Shown here piece after piece: positions 20,299 through 30,579 of a DNA stretch of 64,000 bases. Under the pieces are notes generated by a model. The model saw only the letters and a list, made by a program, of their open reading frames with translations, did no database searches and was not told where the DNA came from. Source of the stretch: an uncultured Gemmatimonadales bacterium (GTDB lineage Bacteria > Gemmatimonadota > Gemmatimonadetes > Gemmatimonadales > GWC2-71-9); contig CAVZZO010000003.1 in the NCBI GenBank assembly GCA_963779755.1, positions 320,001-384,000 of the forward strand. Reading direction: 5' to 3'. The translations under genes were made by a program, and so were the position numbers. Positions within the stretch are counted from its first letter, which is position 1. Each line of letters starts with the position of its first letter.

Positions 20299-22338
20299 AT
20301 GCGCCGATTTTCCGGCCTCCTGGTGCCCTGCCTCGCGCTGACGGCCGCCGCTGCGCTTCCAGCCGCCGCCCAGGTCCGCGTCCAGAGCCCTGACGGCCGC
20401 AACGTGGTCGCGGTGGCCGTGCATGACGGCCACCTTACCTGGAGTCTGGATCGGGACGGCCGACCCCTCGTGCTCCCCTCGCTGCTGGGCTTCGCTTTCC
20501 GGGGCGCTCCCGCCCTGCGCGACAGCCTGCGGATCACCGATTCGACCAGACAGTCCCACGACGAATGGTGGACCCAGCCCTGGGGCGAGGTCGCCCGGGT
20601 GCACGACCACCACAACGAGCTCGCCGTCGGCGTGGAAGAAACCACCGCCCCCTACCGCCGCTTTACCCTGCGGGTCCGGGCCTTCGACGACGGGATCGGC
20701 TTTCGCTACGAGTTCCCCGCCCAGCCCGGACTCGGCGCCTTCGAAATCAGCGACGAGCTGACCGAATTCGCCCTGGCCGACAACGCGCGGGCCTGGTGGA
20801 TCCCCTCGAATTACGCGCGGAAAGACCGCTCCGAGATGCTGTTCTCCTCCGGGCCGGTGAGCGTGCTTGACAGCGTGCAGACCCCGCTCACCATGCAGAC
20901 CGAAGGCGGGAAGACCTACCTGGTAATTCACGAGGCGAACCTGGAGAACTACGCCCGGATGTTTCTCGCCGGGACACGCGATGAAAGCCGAACCCTCCAC
21001 GCCGCGCTCGCCCCGATGGCGGACGGTGTCAAGGTGCGCGGCCACACGCCCTTCGTGACACCCTGGCGGACGGTGCAGGTGGCGGACAAGGCGACCCAGT
21101 TGGCCCCCTCGGTGCTGGGGCTCAATCTCAACCCGCCCAGCCGCATCGCCAACACCGACTGGATCCACCCCATGAAGTATGTCGGTATCTGGTGGGGGAT
21201 GCACCTCGGCATCATGACCTGGAGCGAGGGGCCGAAACACGGGGCAACCACGGAGCGGGCGAAGCAGTACATCGATTTCGCGGCCCGGAACGGAATCGGC
21301 GGCGTGCTGGTTGAGGGATGGAACGTCGGCTGGGACGGTGACTGGATCGCCAACCGCAACGCCTTTTCCTTCACGAAATCCTATCCCGACTACGATCTCG
21401 ACTCGGTCGCGGCCTACGCACAGCGCAAGGGCGTGCGGCTCATCGTTCACAACGAGACCTCGGGCGGCATCGCGAACTACGAGCGCCAGCTGGACAGCGC
21501 CTACACGCTCTACCGTTCGCTGGGGCTCGACGCGATCAAGAGCGGCTACGTCACCGACCTGACCAGCGCGGGCGACTCGCACTATTCGCAGGTCATGGTG
21601 AACCACTACCGGAAGGTGATCGAGACGGCCGCCCGCTATCACATCATGCTGGATGTGCACGAACCGATGCACGATACCGGCGAGCGCCGCACCTGGCCCA
21701 ACATGATGAGCCGGGAGGGCGCCCGGGGACAGGAGTACAACGCCTGGAGCGGCGACGGAGGAAACCCGCCGGAGCACGAGACCATCCTCTTCTTCACCCG
21801 GCTGCTGGACGGGCCCATGGACTACACCCCCGGCATCTTCGATATCCTGGAGAAGAGCGGCGGCCACGCCCGGAAGCCGTGGGAGTCGCGGGTCCGCACC
21901 ACCCTGGCCAAGCAGCTCGCGCTCTACGTCGTCATCTACTCCCCGCTCCAGATGGCGGCGGACCTGCCGGAGAATTACGAGGGGCAACCGGCCTTCCAGT
22001 TCATCAGGGATGTGGCGGTGGACTGGGACACCACCCGGGTGATCGACGGGCGGATCGGGGATTATGTGATTGTGGCGCGGCGGGTTCGCGGGAAACAGAC
22101 CTGGTTCCTGGGCGCCATCACCGACGAGCAGGGCCGCACGTTTGACGTCCCCCTCGACTTCCTGACCCCGGGCCGGAGATACATCGCCGAGATCTACGCC
22201 GACGGCCCCAAGGCCGACTGGCTCGCCCATCCCCTGCCCATCACCATCACCCGCCGGACCGTCACGTCTGCCAGCCGGCTGCACATGGTTCTGGCGCCGG
22301 GCGGAGGCCAGGCGATCCGGATCCGGCCGGCGCCGTAG
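20299..22338 (+). CDS. GH97 alpha-glucosidase (SusB-like)
   Basis: KYVGIWWGMH, YIDFAA, LVEGWNVGW, REGARGQEYNAW, GPMDYTPGIF. Confidence 0.95.
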   Translation: MRRFSGLLVPCLALTAAAALPAAAQVRVQSPDGRNVVAVAVHDGHLTWSLDRDGRPLVLPSLLGFAFRGAPALRDSLRITDSTRQSHDEWWTQPWGEVARVHDHHNELAVGVEETTAPYRRFTLRVRAFDDGIGFRYEFPAQPGLGAFEISDELTEFALADNARAWWIPSNYARKDRSEMLFSSGPVSVLDSVQTPLTMQTEGGKTYLVIHEANLENYARMFLAGTRDESRTLHAALAPMADGVKVRGHTPFVTPWRTVQVADKATQLAPSVLGLNLNPPSRIANTDWIHPMKYVGIWWGMHLGIMTWSEGPKHGATTERAKQYIDFAARNGIGGVLVEGWNVGWDGDWIANRNAFSFTKSYPDYDLDSVAAYAQRKGVRLIVHNETSGGIANYERQLDSAYTLYRSLGLDAIKSGYVTDLTSAGDSHYSQVMVNHYRKVIETAARYHIMLDVHEPMHDTGERRTWPNMMSREGARGQEYNAWSGDGGNPPEHETILFFTRLLDGPMDYTPGIFDILEKSGGHARKPWESRVRTTLAKQLALYVVIYSPLQMAADLPENYEGQPAFQFIRDVAVDWDTTRVIDGRIGDYVIVARRVRGKQTWFLGAITDEQGRTFDVPLDFLTPGRRYIAEIYADGPKADWLAHPLPITITRRTVTSASRLHMVLAPGGGQAIRIRPAP

Positions 22339-22363
22339 GGGCGACGCATGCGTCGCCCCTACG
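22334..22363. repeat. REP-like perfect palindrome
   Basis: CGTAGGGGCGACGCATGCGTCGCCCCTACG, GTAG-initiated, overlaps the GH97 stop. Confidence 0.75.
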
Positions 22364-22398
22364 GGCGCCGGCCATCCCCTTACTCGAGACCGAAATCC

Positions 22399-23946
22399 AT
22401 GGCAACACGCGCGGCCCAATCCACAATCACCACCCGGCCGAAGCCCCGGCTCTCGTTCTGGGAGATCTGGAACATGAGCTTCGGGTTTCTGGGCATCCAG
22501 TTCGGGTTTGCCCTGCAGAATGCCAACGTGAGCCGGATCTTCGAAACACTGGGCGCGCGGGTGGAGAACATTCCCATCCTGTGGATCGCCGCCCCGGTCA
22601 CCGGCTTGCTGGTCCAGCCGGTGGTCGGCTACTTCAGCGACCGTACCTGGAGCCGGCTGGGCCGGCGGCGTCCCTATTTCCTGGTGGGCGCGCTGCTCGC
22701 CTCCCTGGCGCTGATCGCCATTCCCAACTCCTCCGCGCTGTGGGTGGCTGCCGGGATCTTCTGGATCATGGACGCCTCCATCAACATTTCGATGGAGCCG
22801 TTCCGCGCCTTCGTGGGCGACAATCTCCCCGCGGCGCAGCGCACTACCGGATTCGCCGCGCAGAGCTTCTTCATCGGTACCGGCGCGGTTGTCGCTTCCC
22901 TGCTCCCCTGGGTGCTCACCAACTGGTTCCACGTGAGCAACCAGGCACCGCAACATCAGATTCCCGATTCCGTCCGCTGGTCGTTCTACCTGGGGGCGGG
23001 GGCATTCTTCGGGGCGGTGCTGTGGACGGTACTCCGCTCCCGCGAGTATTCCGCCGAGGAACGGGCGTCCTTCGAGGAAGACCAGGCGAGGGAGAGCACG
23101 GTAGGGGAGCGCCGGACCGACCGGGAGTTTGCCCGCAACGGGAGCCGCCAGATCCGCCTCGGCGCCGCGTTGATCGCTGCCGGCGGCCTGCTCAGCTGGT
23201 GGCTCGTTTCCCGGGCCGTGTACCAGGTGCTGATCCTGTCGGGCGGCCTGGGTCTGGTGGGAGTGCTGCTCTGCGTAAGCGGTGCCATGCAGCGCGGAGG
23301 CAAGTACGACAACGGCTTCATCACGATTCTGAACGATTTACAGGACATGCCGCGCACCATGCGCCAGCTCGCCTGGGTGCAGTTCTTCTCCTGGTTCGCC
23401 CTTTTCGCGCTCTGGATCTATACCACCGCGGCGGTCACCAGCCACCTGTACCACACGACCGATACGTCGAGCGCACTGTACAACCAGGGCGCCAACTGGG
23501 TGGGGGTGGGGTTCGCCGTCTACAACGGCGTCGCCGCCATCGTGGCCTTCGGGCTCCCGCTCCTTGCGGCGAGAACCAGCCGGCGAATGACCCACGCCAT
23601 CTGCCTCCTCCTTGGAGCGGCGGGCGTCATCTCGATCGTCGTGATCGCCGACCCGCGCATGCTGCTGGGCTCGATGGTGGGCATCGGCATCGCCTGGGCC
23701 AGCATTCTTTCGATGCCCTACGCGATTCTCTGCGGCGCCCTCCCCCCCTCGAAGATGGGCTACTACATGGGGGTCTTCAATTTCTTCATCGTCATTCCCC
23801 AGATCGTCGCAGCATCGCTGCTGGGCTTCCTGGTGGGGCACTTCTTCGGAGGCGAGGCAATCTACGCCCTGGTTATCGGCGGCGGGTCCCTGGCCCTGGC
23901 CGCCGCGCTGACCCTCGGGGTGGACGACCGGGACGAGACCCGCTGA
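22399..23946 (+). CDS. MFS maltose/alpha-glucoside transporter
   Basis: LSFWEIWNMSFGFLGIQFGFALQ, GRRRPYFL, MGYYMGVFNFFIVIPQ. Confidence 0.92.
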   Translation: MATRAAQSTITTRPKPRLSFWEIWNMSFGFLGIQFGFALQNANVSRIFETLGARVENIPILWIAAPVTGLLVQPVVGYFSDRTWSRLGRRRPYFLVGALLASLALIAIPNSSALWVAAGIFWIMDASINISMEPFRAFVGDNLPAAQRTTGFAAQSFFIGTGAVVASLLPWVLTNWFHVSNQAPQHQIPDSVRWSFYLGAGAFFGAVLWTVLRSREYSAEERASFEEDQARESTVGERRTDREFARNGSRQIRLGAALIAAGGLLSWWLVSRAVYQVLILSGGLGLVGVLLCVSGAMQRGGKYDNGFITILNDLQDMPRTMRQLAWVQFFSWFALFALWIYTTAAVTSHLYHTTDTSSALYNQGANWVGVGFAVYNGVAAIVAFGLPLLAARTSRRMTHAICLLLGAAGVISIVVIADPRMLLGSMVGIGIAWASILSMPYAILCGALPPSKMGYYMGVFNFFIVIPQIVAASLLGFLVGHFFGGEAIYALVIGGGSLALAAALTLGVDDRDETR

Positions 23947-25631
23947 TGCGATTCCCCCGGCCCGGTGCCCTGCTCTGCTTCCTCGGCGCCGGCCTGGCTG
24001 CCTGCGCCGGCACATCCTCCACCCCGGCGCCGGCGCGCCCGCCAATCGTCGCGGCACAGCAACAGGTAGCGGATTTCTGGAACGGCGCCACCATCTATTT
24101 CCTCCTGCTTGACCGCTTCGCCGACGGCGACAGTGCCAACGATCATGCCCTGGGGCGGCGACACGACGGCGCCGTGCTGCGCAACTTCGAGGGCGGCGAT
24201 CTCGCCGGTGTGCGCGCGAAGATCGAACAAGGCTGGTTCGACAGCCTGGGCGTGACGGCGATCTGGATGACGCCGTTCGTCGAGCAGATCCACGGCAGCG
24301 TGGACGAGGGCACCGGCAAGACCTACGGCTATCACGGTTACTGGACTCGCGACTGGACCGCGGTGGATCCGGCCTTCGGCACGGAACAGGAGCTGCGCGC
24401 GCTGGTAGCCGCGGCCCACCGCCACGGGATCCGGGTGCTGATGGATGCCGTGGTGAACCATACCGGTCCGGTAACGCCGGAGGACCCGGCCTGGCCCGAC
24501 GACTGGGTCCGGATGACCCCGCTCTGCAACTACAGGAATTACGCAACCACCGTCACCTGCGCCCTGGTGAGGACCCTGCCGGACGTGCGCACCGAGCGTG
24601 ATGCCCCGGTGGACCTCCCTCCCGCCCTGGTCGAGAAGTGGCGAAAGCAAGGCCGCCTGGACCAGGAGCGGGCTTCGCTGGACAGCTTTTTCCAGCGCAC
24701 CGGTTACCCCCGGGCGCCGCGCTACTACATCATCAAGTGGCTCACGGACTGGGTGCGGAGGTGCGGCATCGACGGCTACCGGGTGGATACCGCCAAGCAC
24801 TTCGAGGCCACGGTCAGCGCCGACCTCAGGCGCCAGGCCGAGGCGGCCTACGCAGACTGGAAGCGGAGCCACCCGGGCGAGGTGCCGGACAGCCTGCCTT
24901 TCTACCTGGTGGGCGAGGTCTACGGCTGGGCACCGGAGCAGGGCCGGTCCTACAATTACGGCGACCGGTCGGTGGACTTCCTCAACTTCGGCTACGACGG
25001 GCTCATCAATTTCGCCTTCAAGAGCGACGCCGCGTGGCCGGTGGACAGCCTCTTCACCGCCTACGGCGCCATGTTGCACGGCCCGCTCGCGGGCAAGACG
25101 TTCCTCAACTATCTCAGTTCGCACGACGACGGCGCCCCCTACGACCGGGATCGCGCGCATCCCTTCGACGCGGGCACCCGGCTCCTGCTGACCCCCGGGA
25201 CGGCGCAGATCTACTACGGCGACGAGCTGGCCCGGCCGCTTCAGGTTCCGGGGGCCGAGACCGATGCCAACCTCCGCGCCATGATGAACTGGAGCGATCT
25301 TCGCCCCGGCGATCGCACCGCCATGATCCTGGAACACTGGCGCAAGCTGGGCCGCTTCCGCCGAGCCCATCCGGCGGTAGGGGCAGGCGAGCACCGGACC
25401 CTGCAGGAGCGTCCGTTCGTCTTCAGTCGGATCCTGGACGAGGGTGCACTGCACGACCGCGTACTCGTCGCCCTGGACCAGCCTGCCGGGCCGAAGGACA
25501 TCCCGGCCTTCGGCGTGTTCCCCGACGGTACCGTGCTGACGGACGGATATTCCGGCGTGACGGCCACCGTGCGCGACGGCCGGATCCGGCTCAGCAGTCC
25601 CTTCGGCATCGTACTGCTGGGGGAACGGTAA
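23946..25631 (+). CDS. GH13 alpha-amylase, lipoprotein
   Basis: TGATG coupling to MFS gene; lipobox LAAC; YHGYW, DAVVNH, DGYRVDTAKH, GEVY, SHDD. Confidence 0.92.
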   Translation: MRFPRPGALLCFLGAGLAACAGTSSTPAPARPPIVAAQQQVADFWNGATIYFLLLDRFADGDSANDHALGRRHDGAVLRNFEGGDLAGVRAKIEQGWFDSLGVTAIWMTPFVEQIHGSVDEGTGKTYGYHGYWTRDWTAVDPAFGTEQELRALVAAAHRHGIRVLMDAVVNHTGPVTPEDPAWPDDWVRMTPLCNYRNYATTVTCALVRTLPDVRTERDAPVDLPPALVEKWRKQGRLDQERASLDSFFQRTGYPRAPRYYIIKWLTDWVRRCGIDGYRVDTAKHFEATVSADLRRQAEAAYADWKRSHPGEVPDSLPFYLVGEVYGWAPEQGRSYNYGDRSVDFLNFGYDGLINFAFKSDAAWPVDSLFTAYGAMLHGPLAGKTFLNYLSSHDDGAPYDRDRAHPFDAGTRLLLTPGTAQIYYGDELARPLQVPGAETDANLRAMMNWSDLRPGDRTAMILEHWRKLGRFRRAHPAVGAGEHRTLQERPFVFSRILDEGALHDRVLVALDQPAGPKDIPAFGVFPDGTVLTDGYSGVTATVRDGRIRLSSPFGIVLLGER

Positions 25632-25699
25632 GAGGGATCAGGAAGCAGGGACCAGGGAGCGGCGAAACGGCCAAGGCACCCTGGAAACGTGCGGTGCGG

Positions 25700-27574
25700 T
25701 TATGGCTGGCGGAGCCACACCTCCGCCGACCGGGCCGGCAGCGTGACCTGAAGGTCCCCTGCCCCGGGGCTCGCACTCGAATCGGGCCACTCCCGCCGGT
25801 ATCGCCCCTGCACGCCCAGATCCACCCGCTGCGGACGGGTTGAGACGTTGAACGCGACGATGGCGGATTGATTCGCCAGGCTCCGCGCATACGCGAGAAT
25901 CCCCCGCGCGTCATCCCGCACCAGCCACCTGGTCCCGCCATCCACGAACAGCCGCAGGTGTGCCTTCCGGAGCGCGATCAGGCTCTGATAGACGCGGAAG
26001 AGGGCCGTGTCGGGGGCCACCGTGCTGCGGGGCCGCGACCGGCCGAACGGGCCGGCCACCTCGTCATCGTAGTGCAGGTCTCCCCAGACCACCGGTTTTC
26101 GGTTGTCGGGATCGTCGGCGCCCCACATGCCCGCCTCGTCGCCGTTCCAGATCTCCGGGGCGCCGATCCAGGTGAACTGCTGCGCCAGGATCATCGCCTC
26201 GGTTCGCCGGGTGGCGGTGCCCGGCCGGTCGATCCGGTAGGTGGAGTCCTCGCGCGGATTCGCATGATACTTGTACCGCACCGGATTGAAGACGGAGGTC
26301 GCGAAGCGGGGCGTATCGTGGCTCGCCGTCAGGTTCATCATCGCCTGCTGCTCGTCGCACGGGATGCCCAGTCCCAGCGAGTCCAGCGCCGCGGCGTAGG
26401 CGGAGGCAGTGAGTTGGGGCGGCGCCCCCGCGAAGAAGCTCCGGGTGGGCGCGTACCACTGGTAGTGCATCACCGCGTCGAACACGTCGCCCTGGAGCCA
26501 GGGGGCCGGGTCCCACATCCGGTCGGGCCAGGAGTCCCACCAGACCTCGCCCACGAGATACGCCCCCGGGTTCACGCCGCGTACGAAGCGGCGGTAATCG
26601 CGCCAGAAGCCGAGGGGGACCACATCGGCCACGTCGAGGCGGAAGCCGTCCACGCCATCCGAGGGATCGCCGTCGCCGTTCGGGTCCAGCCAGCGCCGGG
26701 TCACCGCGAAAACCAGCTGCTTCACCGGCGGCACCAGATCTCCCGGGATCGGGCCGCGTGTTTCTCCCTCGGGACGGCCCACCTTCTTCCATTCGGGCAG
26801 CGACTGCGCGCCGGCCCAGCCGCGATAGGCGAACTCGCTGGTATCGGGCGTGGCCGGGTCGTCGAACCGCTGGATCTCGTACCAGCCGGCGTAGGGCGAG
26901 GCCTGCTGCCGCTTCAGGATATCCTGCCAGGCCCAGAAGCTGGTCCCGGTGTGATTCCAGGAGTAGTCCATGATGATGCGCATGCCACGCCGGTGGACCT
27001 CGCGCACCAGGGCCAGGAAGAGGCTGTCGGCGGCGGTCCAGCGCCAGGTGCCGGGGTCGGCGGGGTTCTCCGCCGCCATCCGCGCTTCATCCCCCCGCGG
27101 ATCCGGTCCGAAGTTGCGGTCGATATGCCGGTAGTTGCGGGCGTCGTACTTGTGGAGCGACGGAGCGTCGTTCACCGGATTCAGGAAGAGTGCCGTTACG
27201 CCCAGCCGCTGGAGGTAATCCAGTTCGTCCAGCACCCCCTGGAGGTCGCCGCCGTAGCGGCGGAACTGCACCGTGGCGTAGAAGTCCTTCCCGGTCGCTT
27301 TCGCCCAGGGTTCTTCCTGATACCAGTCGTGGGACCATGGTGTCACCCGCCAGCCGGCCGGCACCCTCCGGGGGCTGAAACCCTGGATATCGTGCGGCGT
27401 CGGATCGTTCGCGGTATCGCCGTTGCGGAATCGCTCGACGAAGATCTGGTACCAGATCGCATCCTTGGACCAGGTGGGCACCGCCATGGAGGGAGCAACC
27501 GCGGGATGCCGCGCGGGGGGACCGTCCCACCATCCGGCCAGCGCCGTCGCGACGATCAGGAGGAGCCGGTTCAT
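25700..27574 (-). CDS. GH13 neopullulanase/cyclomaltodextrinase-like glycosidase
   Basis: WYQIFVERFRNGD, GGDLQG, HKYD, DGFRLDVA, GEVW, SHDTPR. Confidence 0.92.
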   Translation of the reverse strand: MNRLLLIVATALAGWWDGPPARHPAVAPSMAVPTWSKDAIWYQIFVERFRNGDTANDPTPHDIQGFSPRRVPAGWRVTPWSHDWYQEEPWAKATGKDFYATVQFRRYGGDLQGVLDELDYLQRLGVTALFLNPVNDAPSLHKYDARNYRHIDRNFGPDPRGDEARMAAENPADPGTWRWTAADSLFLALVREVHRRGMRIIMDYSWNHTGTSFWAWQDILKRQQASPYAGWYEIQRFDDPATPDTSEFAYRGWAGAQSLPEWKKVGRPEGETRGPIPGDLVPPVKQLVFAVTRRWLDPNGDGDPSDGVDGFRLDVADVVPLGFWRDYRRFVRGVNPGAYLVGEVWWDSWPDRMWDPAPWLQGDVFDAVMHYQWYAPTRSFFAGAPPQLTASAYAAALDSLGLGIPCDEQQAMMNLTASHDTPRFATSVFNPVRYKYHANPREDSTYRIDRPGTATRRTEAMILAQQFTWIGAPEIWNGDEAGMWGADDPDNRKPVVWGDLHYDDEVAGPFGRSRPRSTVAPDTALFRVYQSLIALRKAHLRLFVDGGTRWLVRDDARGILAYARSLANQSAIVAFNVSTRPQRVDLGVQGRYRREWPDSSASPGAGDLQVTLPARSAEVWLRQP

Positions 27575-28878
27575 TGCCGGGGCCGGCCGAAGATGAACGT
27601 GAGCGGGTCCTCCAGCCTGGCCCGCCAGGAGGCCTCGTTGTGGGTGGCGCCTTCATACCGCTTGATCACGAAGTCGCGGCCCTCGACCTTGCCCTGCGCC
27701 AGCAGCCAGCGGCGGACGGCCTCATGCGTGGGCCCGTAGGCGGCGTCCAGCCCTTCGCTGCCGTAGTCGAAGCGGTAGCGGGCGTGGGACGGCGCTTTCA
27801 TGCCGCCCTCGATATCACGGATCACATAGGGCACCGTGTCGGAGGACGCGGCGGCGCTGTCGCCCTGCATGATCTGCCCCGCCACCGCCGGCGACAGGGG
27901 AAAGTGGGTGGACTCGCAGCCGCAGGCGCCGAAGACCTCCGGGTGATGCGTCACCAGGTAGAAAGAGAGCAGCCCGCCCATCGAGCTCCCCATGGTCGCG
28001 GTGTTTGCCGGGCCGGTACGCGCGCGGAACTCGTGATTCACCCGCGGCATCAACTCCTCGATGAGAAACCGGGCGTACTGCGGCGCATCCTGCCAGGGGG
28101 AATACTCTTCGAATCGCTTCTCGGTGCTCCAGGCCCCGACCACGATGATCGGCGGGATGACGCCCTTCCGCACCAGCCGCATCACCGCCTCGTCGACGCC
28201 CCAGTCCGTTCCGGTATTCGCGATGCGCGGATCAAACAGGTTCTGGCCGTCGTGCATGTAGAGCACGGGATAGCGCCGGGTCGTGTCCTGGTCGTAGCCC
28301 GGCGGCAGCCAGATCTCCACGTTCCGGGTGGGACCGAGAAACGCCGACTTGACGTCGGTCCAGTAGACCAGCCGGCCCTCCACGCCGGATCCCTCCGGGT
28401 GGGCCACCGCGTCCCGGATCCGCGCCGCGGTGGCCTGCCGCTCGGCCGCCGCCTGTTCCGGCGTCTTGAACCTCGGGAGCTCGTGGCTGACCGTGGTGTC
28501 GTGGGTCAGGACCAGCCGGTAGTTCGGCGGGGCCTGGCCGGCGGCGGTGAGCGCCTCGGTGTCCCAGGAGCCGAGCGTGAACTTGTATTCCAGGACGGTG
28601 CCGGAGTCGGCGCTGAGCTCGATGCTCCGCTCCGGGCCCCTGCCGGTGAGGGCGCGCGCGGCCGGGTTCCACGGGCCCAGCTCGGGAAGACTGCCGGTGA
28701 GATAGACTGTGCCGGTGCCCTCGGGTACCCGCACCCGGATCGTCGCCCGGCAGCAGGTTCGAGGTAGCGTATGCGCCCCGTCTCCGCAGGCCATCGCCGG
28801 GTGGGCGAGCAGAACGACACCCAGGAGTGCCACTGCGCCTGAAGCGGCCCCTCGGGACCTGTCGGAGCGGATGCTCAT
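27571..28878 (-). CDS. CBM20-like domain plus alpha/beta-hydrolase esterase
   Basis: GSLPELGPWNP, EYKFTLGSW; YPVLYMHDGQNLFD, GSSMGG, HNEASW. Confidence 0.85.
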   Translation of the reverse strand: MSIRSDRSRGAASGAVALLGVVLLAHPAMACGDGAHTLPRTCCRATIRVRVPEGTGTVYLTGSLPELGPWNPAARALTGRGPERSIELSADSGTVLEYKFTLGSWDTEALTAAGQAPPNYRLVLTHDTTVSHELPRFKTPEQAAAERQATAARIRDAVAHPEGSGVEGRLVYWTDVKSAFLGPTRNVEIWLPPGYDQDTTRRYPVLYMHDGQNLFDPRIANTGTDWGVDEAVMRLVRKGVIPPIIVVGAWSTEKRFEEYSPWQDAPQYARFLIEELMPRVNHEFRARTGPANTATMGSSMGGLLSFYLVTHHPEVFGACGCESTHFPLSPAVAGQIMQGDSAAASSDTVPYVIRDIEGGMKAPSHARYRFDYGSEGLDAAYGPTHEAVRRWLLAQGKVEGRDFVIKRYEGATHNEASWRARLEDPLTFIFGRPRQ

Positions 28879-28991
28879 ATGCTGGCGGATGTTGGCTCTT
28901 GGATCAGGTGAATGTTCCCTCCCCTGCGCACTTGTGCGGACTGTGGGTACCGGCCCGCGCTGTGGTGGTGATGGTCCGGCGCGCGATGGGG

Positions 28992-29273
28992 CCGATATTC
29001 CCCTGCAGGGGGCGGAGGCCTCATACCCGGACCACCTCTCGGGCCTTGCCCCGTGCGATCGCGCACTCCGGTACCGGGCTGCGCGTTTCTGGCGATGATC
29101 GGGTCAGGTGTGTGCCCGATATTCCCCCAATAGGGGGCGGAGGCCTCATACCCGGGACCACCTCTCGGGCCTTGCCCCGTGCGATCGCGCACTCCGGTAC
29201 CGGGCTGCGCGTTTCTGGCGATGATCGGGTCAGGTGTGTGCCCGATATTCCCCCAATAGGCGGCGGAGGCCTC
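28992..29273. repeat. Direct tandem repeat, unit about 125 bp, about 2.2 copies
   Basis: CCGATATTCCC at 28992, 29116 and 29242 with near-identical intervening sequence. Confidence 0.9.
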
Positions 29274-29304
29274 GGAGCCTCCTGCTGCGGCCGGCCACCG
29301 CGGC

Positions 29305-30495
29305 TCAGTCGCTGGTCATGATGAATAGCGGCGCCTTGTCGAAATCGTAGATCGGGCGCAGACGTTCGGTCTGGTAGTACTTCGGCACGTTGACCACCTT
29401 CTTCTCGGCCGTAACGTTCTGGATGGGGACGCTGTCGTAGAAGCCGCGGTGCACGCTGACCAGCCGCCCATACTGCTTCTTCAGGATGAGATCGAGCGCC
29501 AGGTTGCCAAACGCCATCGGCACGATGGAATCGAGCGCATCGGGATCGCCGGAGCGAACGAGATAGCCGAGGCGCTGATTAACGACGTCGATCCGGCGGC
29601 CGTTGTTGTAGCGGGGTGAGGCGTCCGCCAGCGCGCCGGCAACCTTGTCACCGATGCCGCCCAGCTTGCGATGGCCGAACATGTCCGTATCCTCACCCTC
29701 GAAGCTCATGCCGTCGTGCCCCGTCAGGCGGGCTCCTTCCGAGACCAGCACCACGGCGTAGCGGCTGGGATGGCGGTTGCGGTCGAAGGTGAGGAGCTCC
29801 GCGAGCTGGTCCACGTCCACCGGGTGTTCGGGGATGACGCACCGGTCGGCGGCGCCGGCCATGGTGGGCAGGAGCGCGGTGAACCCGGCATACCGGCCGA
29901 AGACCTCGATGACCAGAAAGCGTTCGTGGGACCCCGCCGAGGTGCGCAGCCGGTGCGTCAGTTCGATAGTACGAGTGACGCAGGTGCTGAACCCGATGCA
30001 ATAGTCGGTGCCGTAGACGTCGTTGTCCATGGTCTTGGGGATCCCCACCACGTGCACGCCTTCGTCGTGCAGCCGCTTCGCATAGCTCAGCGTGTCGTCC
30101 CCGCCGATGGGGATCAACGCGTCCACCCCGATGTGCTCCAGGTTGGCGAGCACAGTCCTGGTGATGTCGTTGACATCCTGGTCATGGCCGCGCAGATGTT
30201 CCGGCACCCGGCTGCGCGGCAGGTGGCTGGGCCGGGTTCGGGAGGTGTGCAGGAACGTGCCGCCGGTCCGCCCCGCGCGATTGACGATCGCCTCGGAGAG
30301 CAGCTGGATATTGGCGCTGTTGTCGACGGCGTGATCGGGCACGTAGTCGACCAGGCCGGCCCAGCCCCGCCGGATGCCGATCACCCGATAACCCTCGCGC
30401 AGCGCCCGGATGGTAATGGCCCGGATGGCAGGATTGAGGCCGGGGACGTCGCCCCCGCCGGTCAGAATCGCGATAGTCCCGTGGTAATTCGGCAT
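29305..30495 (-). CDS. pfkA: 6-phosphofructokinase family (ATP or PPi dependent)
   Basis: ILTGGGDVPGLN, GGTFLHTSR, IGGDDT, PKTMDND, EVFGR. Confidence 0.88.
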   Translation of the reverse strand: MPNYHGTIAILTGGGDVPGLNPAIRAITIRALREGYRVIGIRRGWAGLVDYVPDHAVDNSANIQLLSEAIVNRAGRTGGTFLHTSRTRPSHLPRSRVPEHLRGHDQDVNDITRTVLANLEHIGVDALIPIGGDDTLSYAKRLHDEGVHVVGIPKTMDNDVYGTDYCIGFSTCVTRTIELTHRLRTSAGSHERFLVIEVFGRYAGFTALLPTMAGAADRCVIPEHPVDVDQLAELLTFDRNRHPSRYAVVLVSEGARLTGHDGMSFEGEDTDMFGHRKLGGIGDKVAGALADASPRYNNGRRIDVVNQRLGYLVRSGDPDALDSIVPMAFGNLALDLILKKQYGRLVSVHRGFYDSVPIQNVTAEKKVVNVPKYYQTERLRPIYDFDKAPLFIMTSD

Positions 30496-30579
30496 GCCCT
30501 CAATTCCAGTCAGGTCCACTGGATACTATACCGGGAACGCCGTTCCCGACCAGCCGATTTCCTTGCGTCTGCCGGGCGC

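Noticed and set aside
11045..27739. Long antisense or alternate-frame ORFs (11045-12484, 12388-15015, 20245-22956, 25868-27739, first half of 22581-25631)
   Set aside because: Shadow ORFs of high-GC coding sequence overlapping well-supported genes; no motifs.
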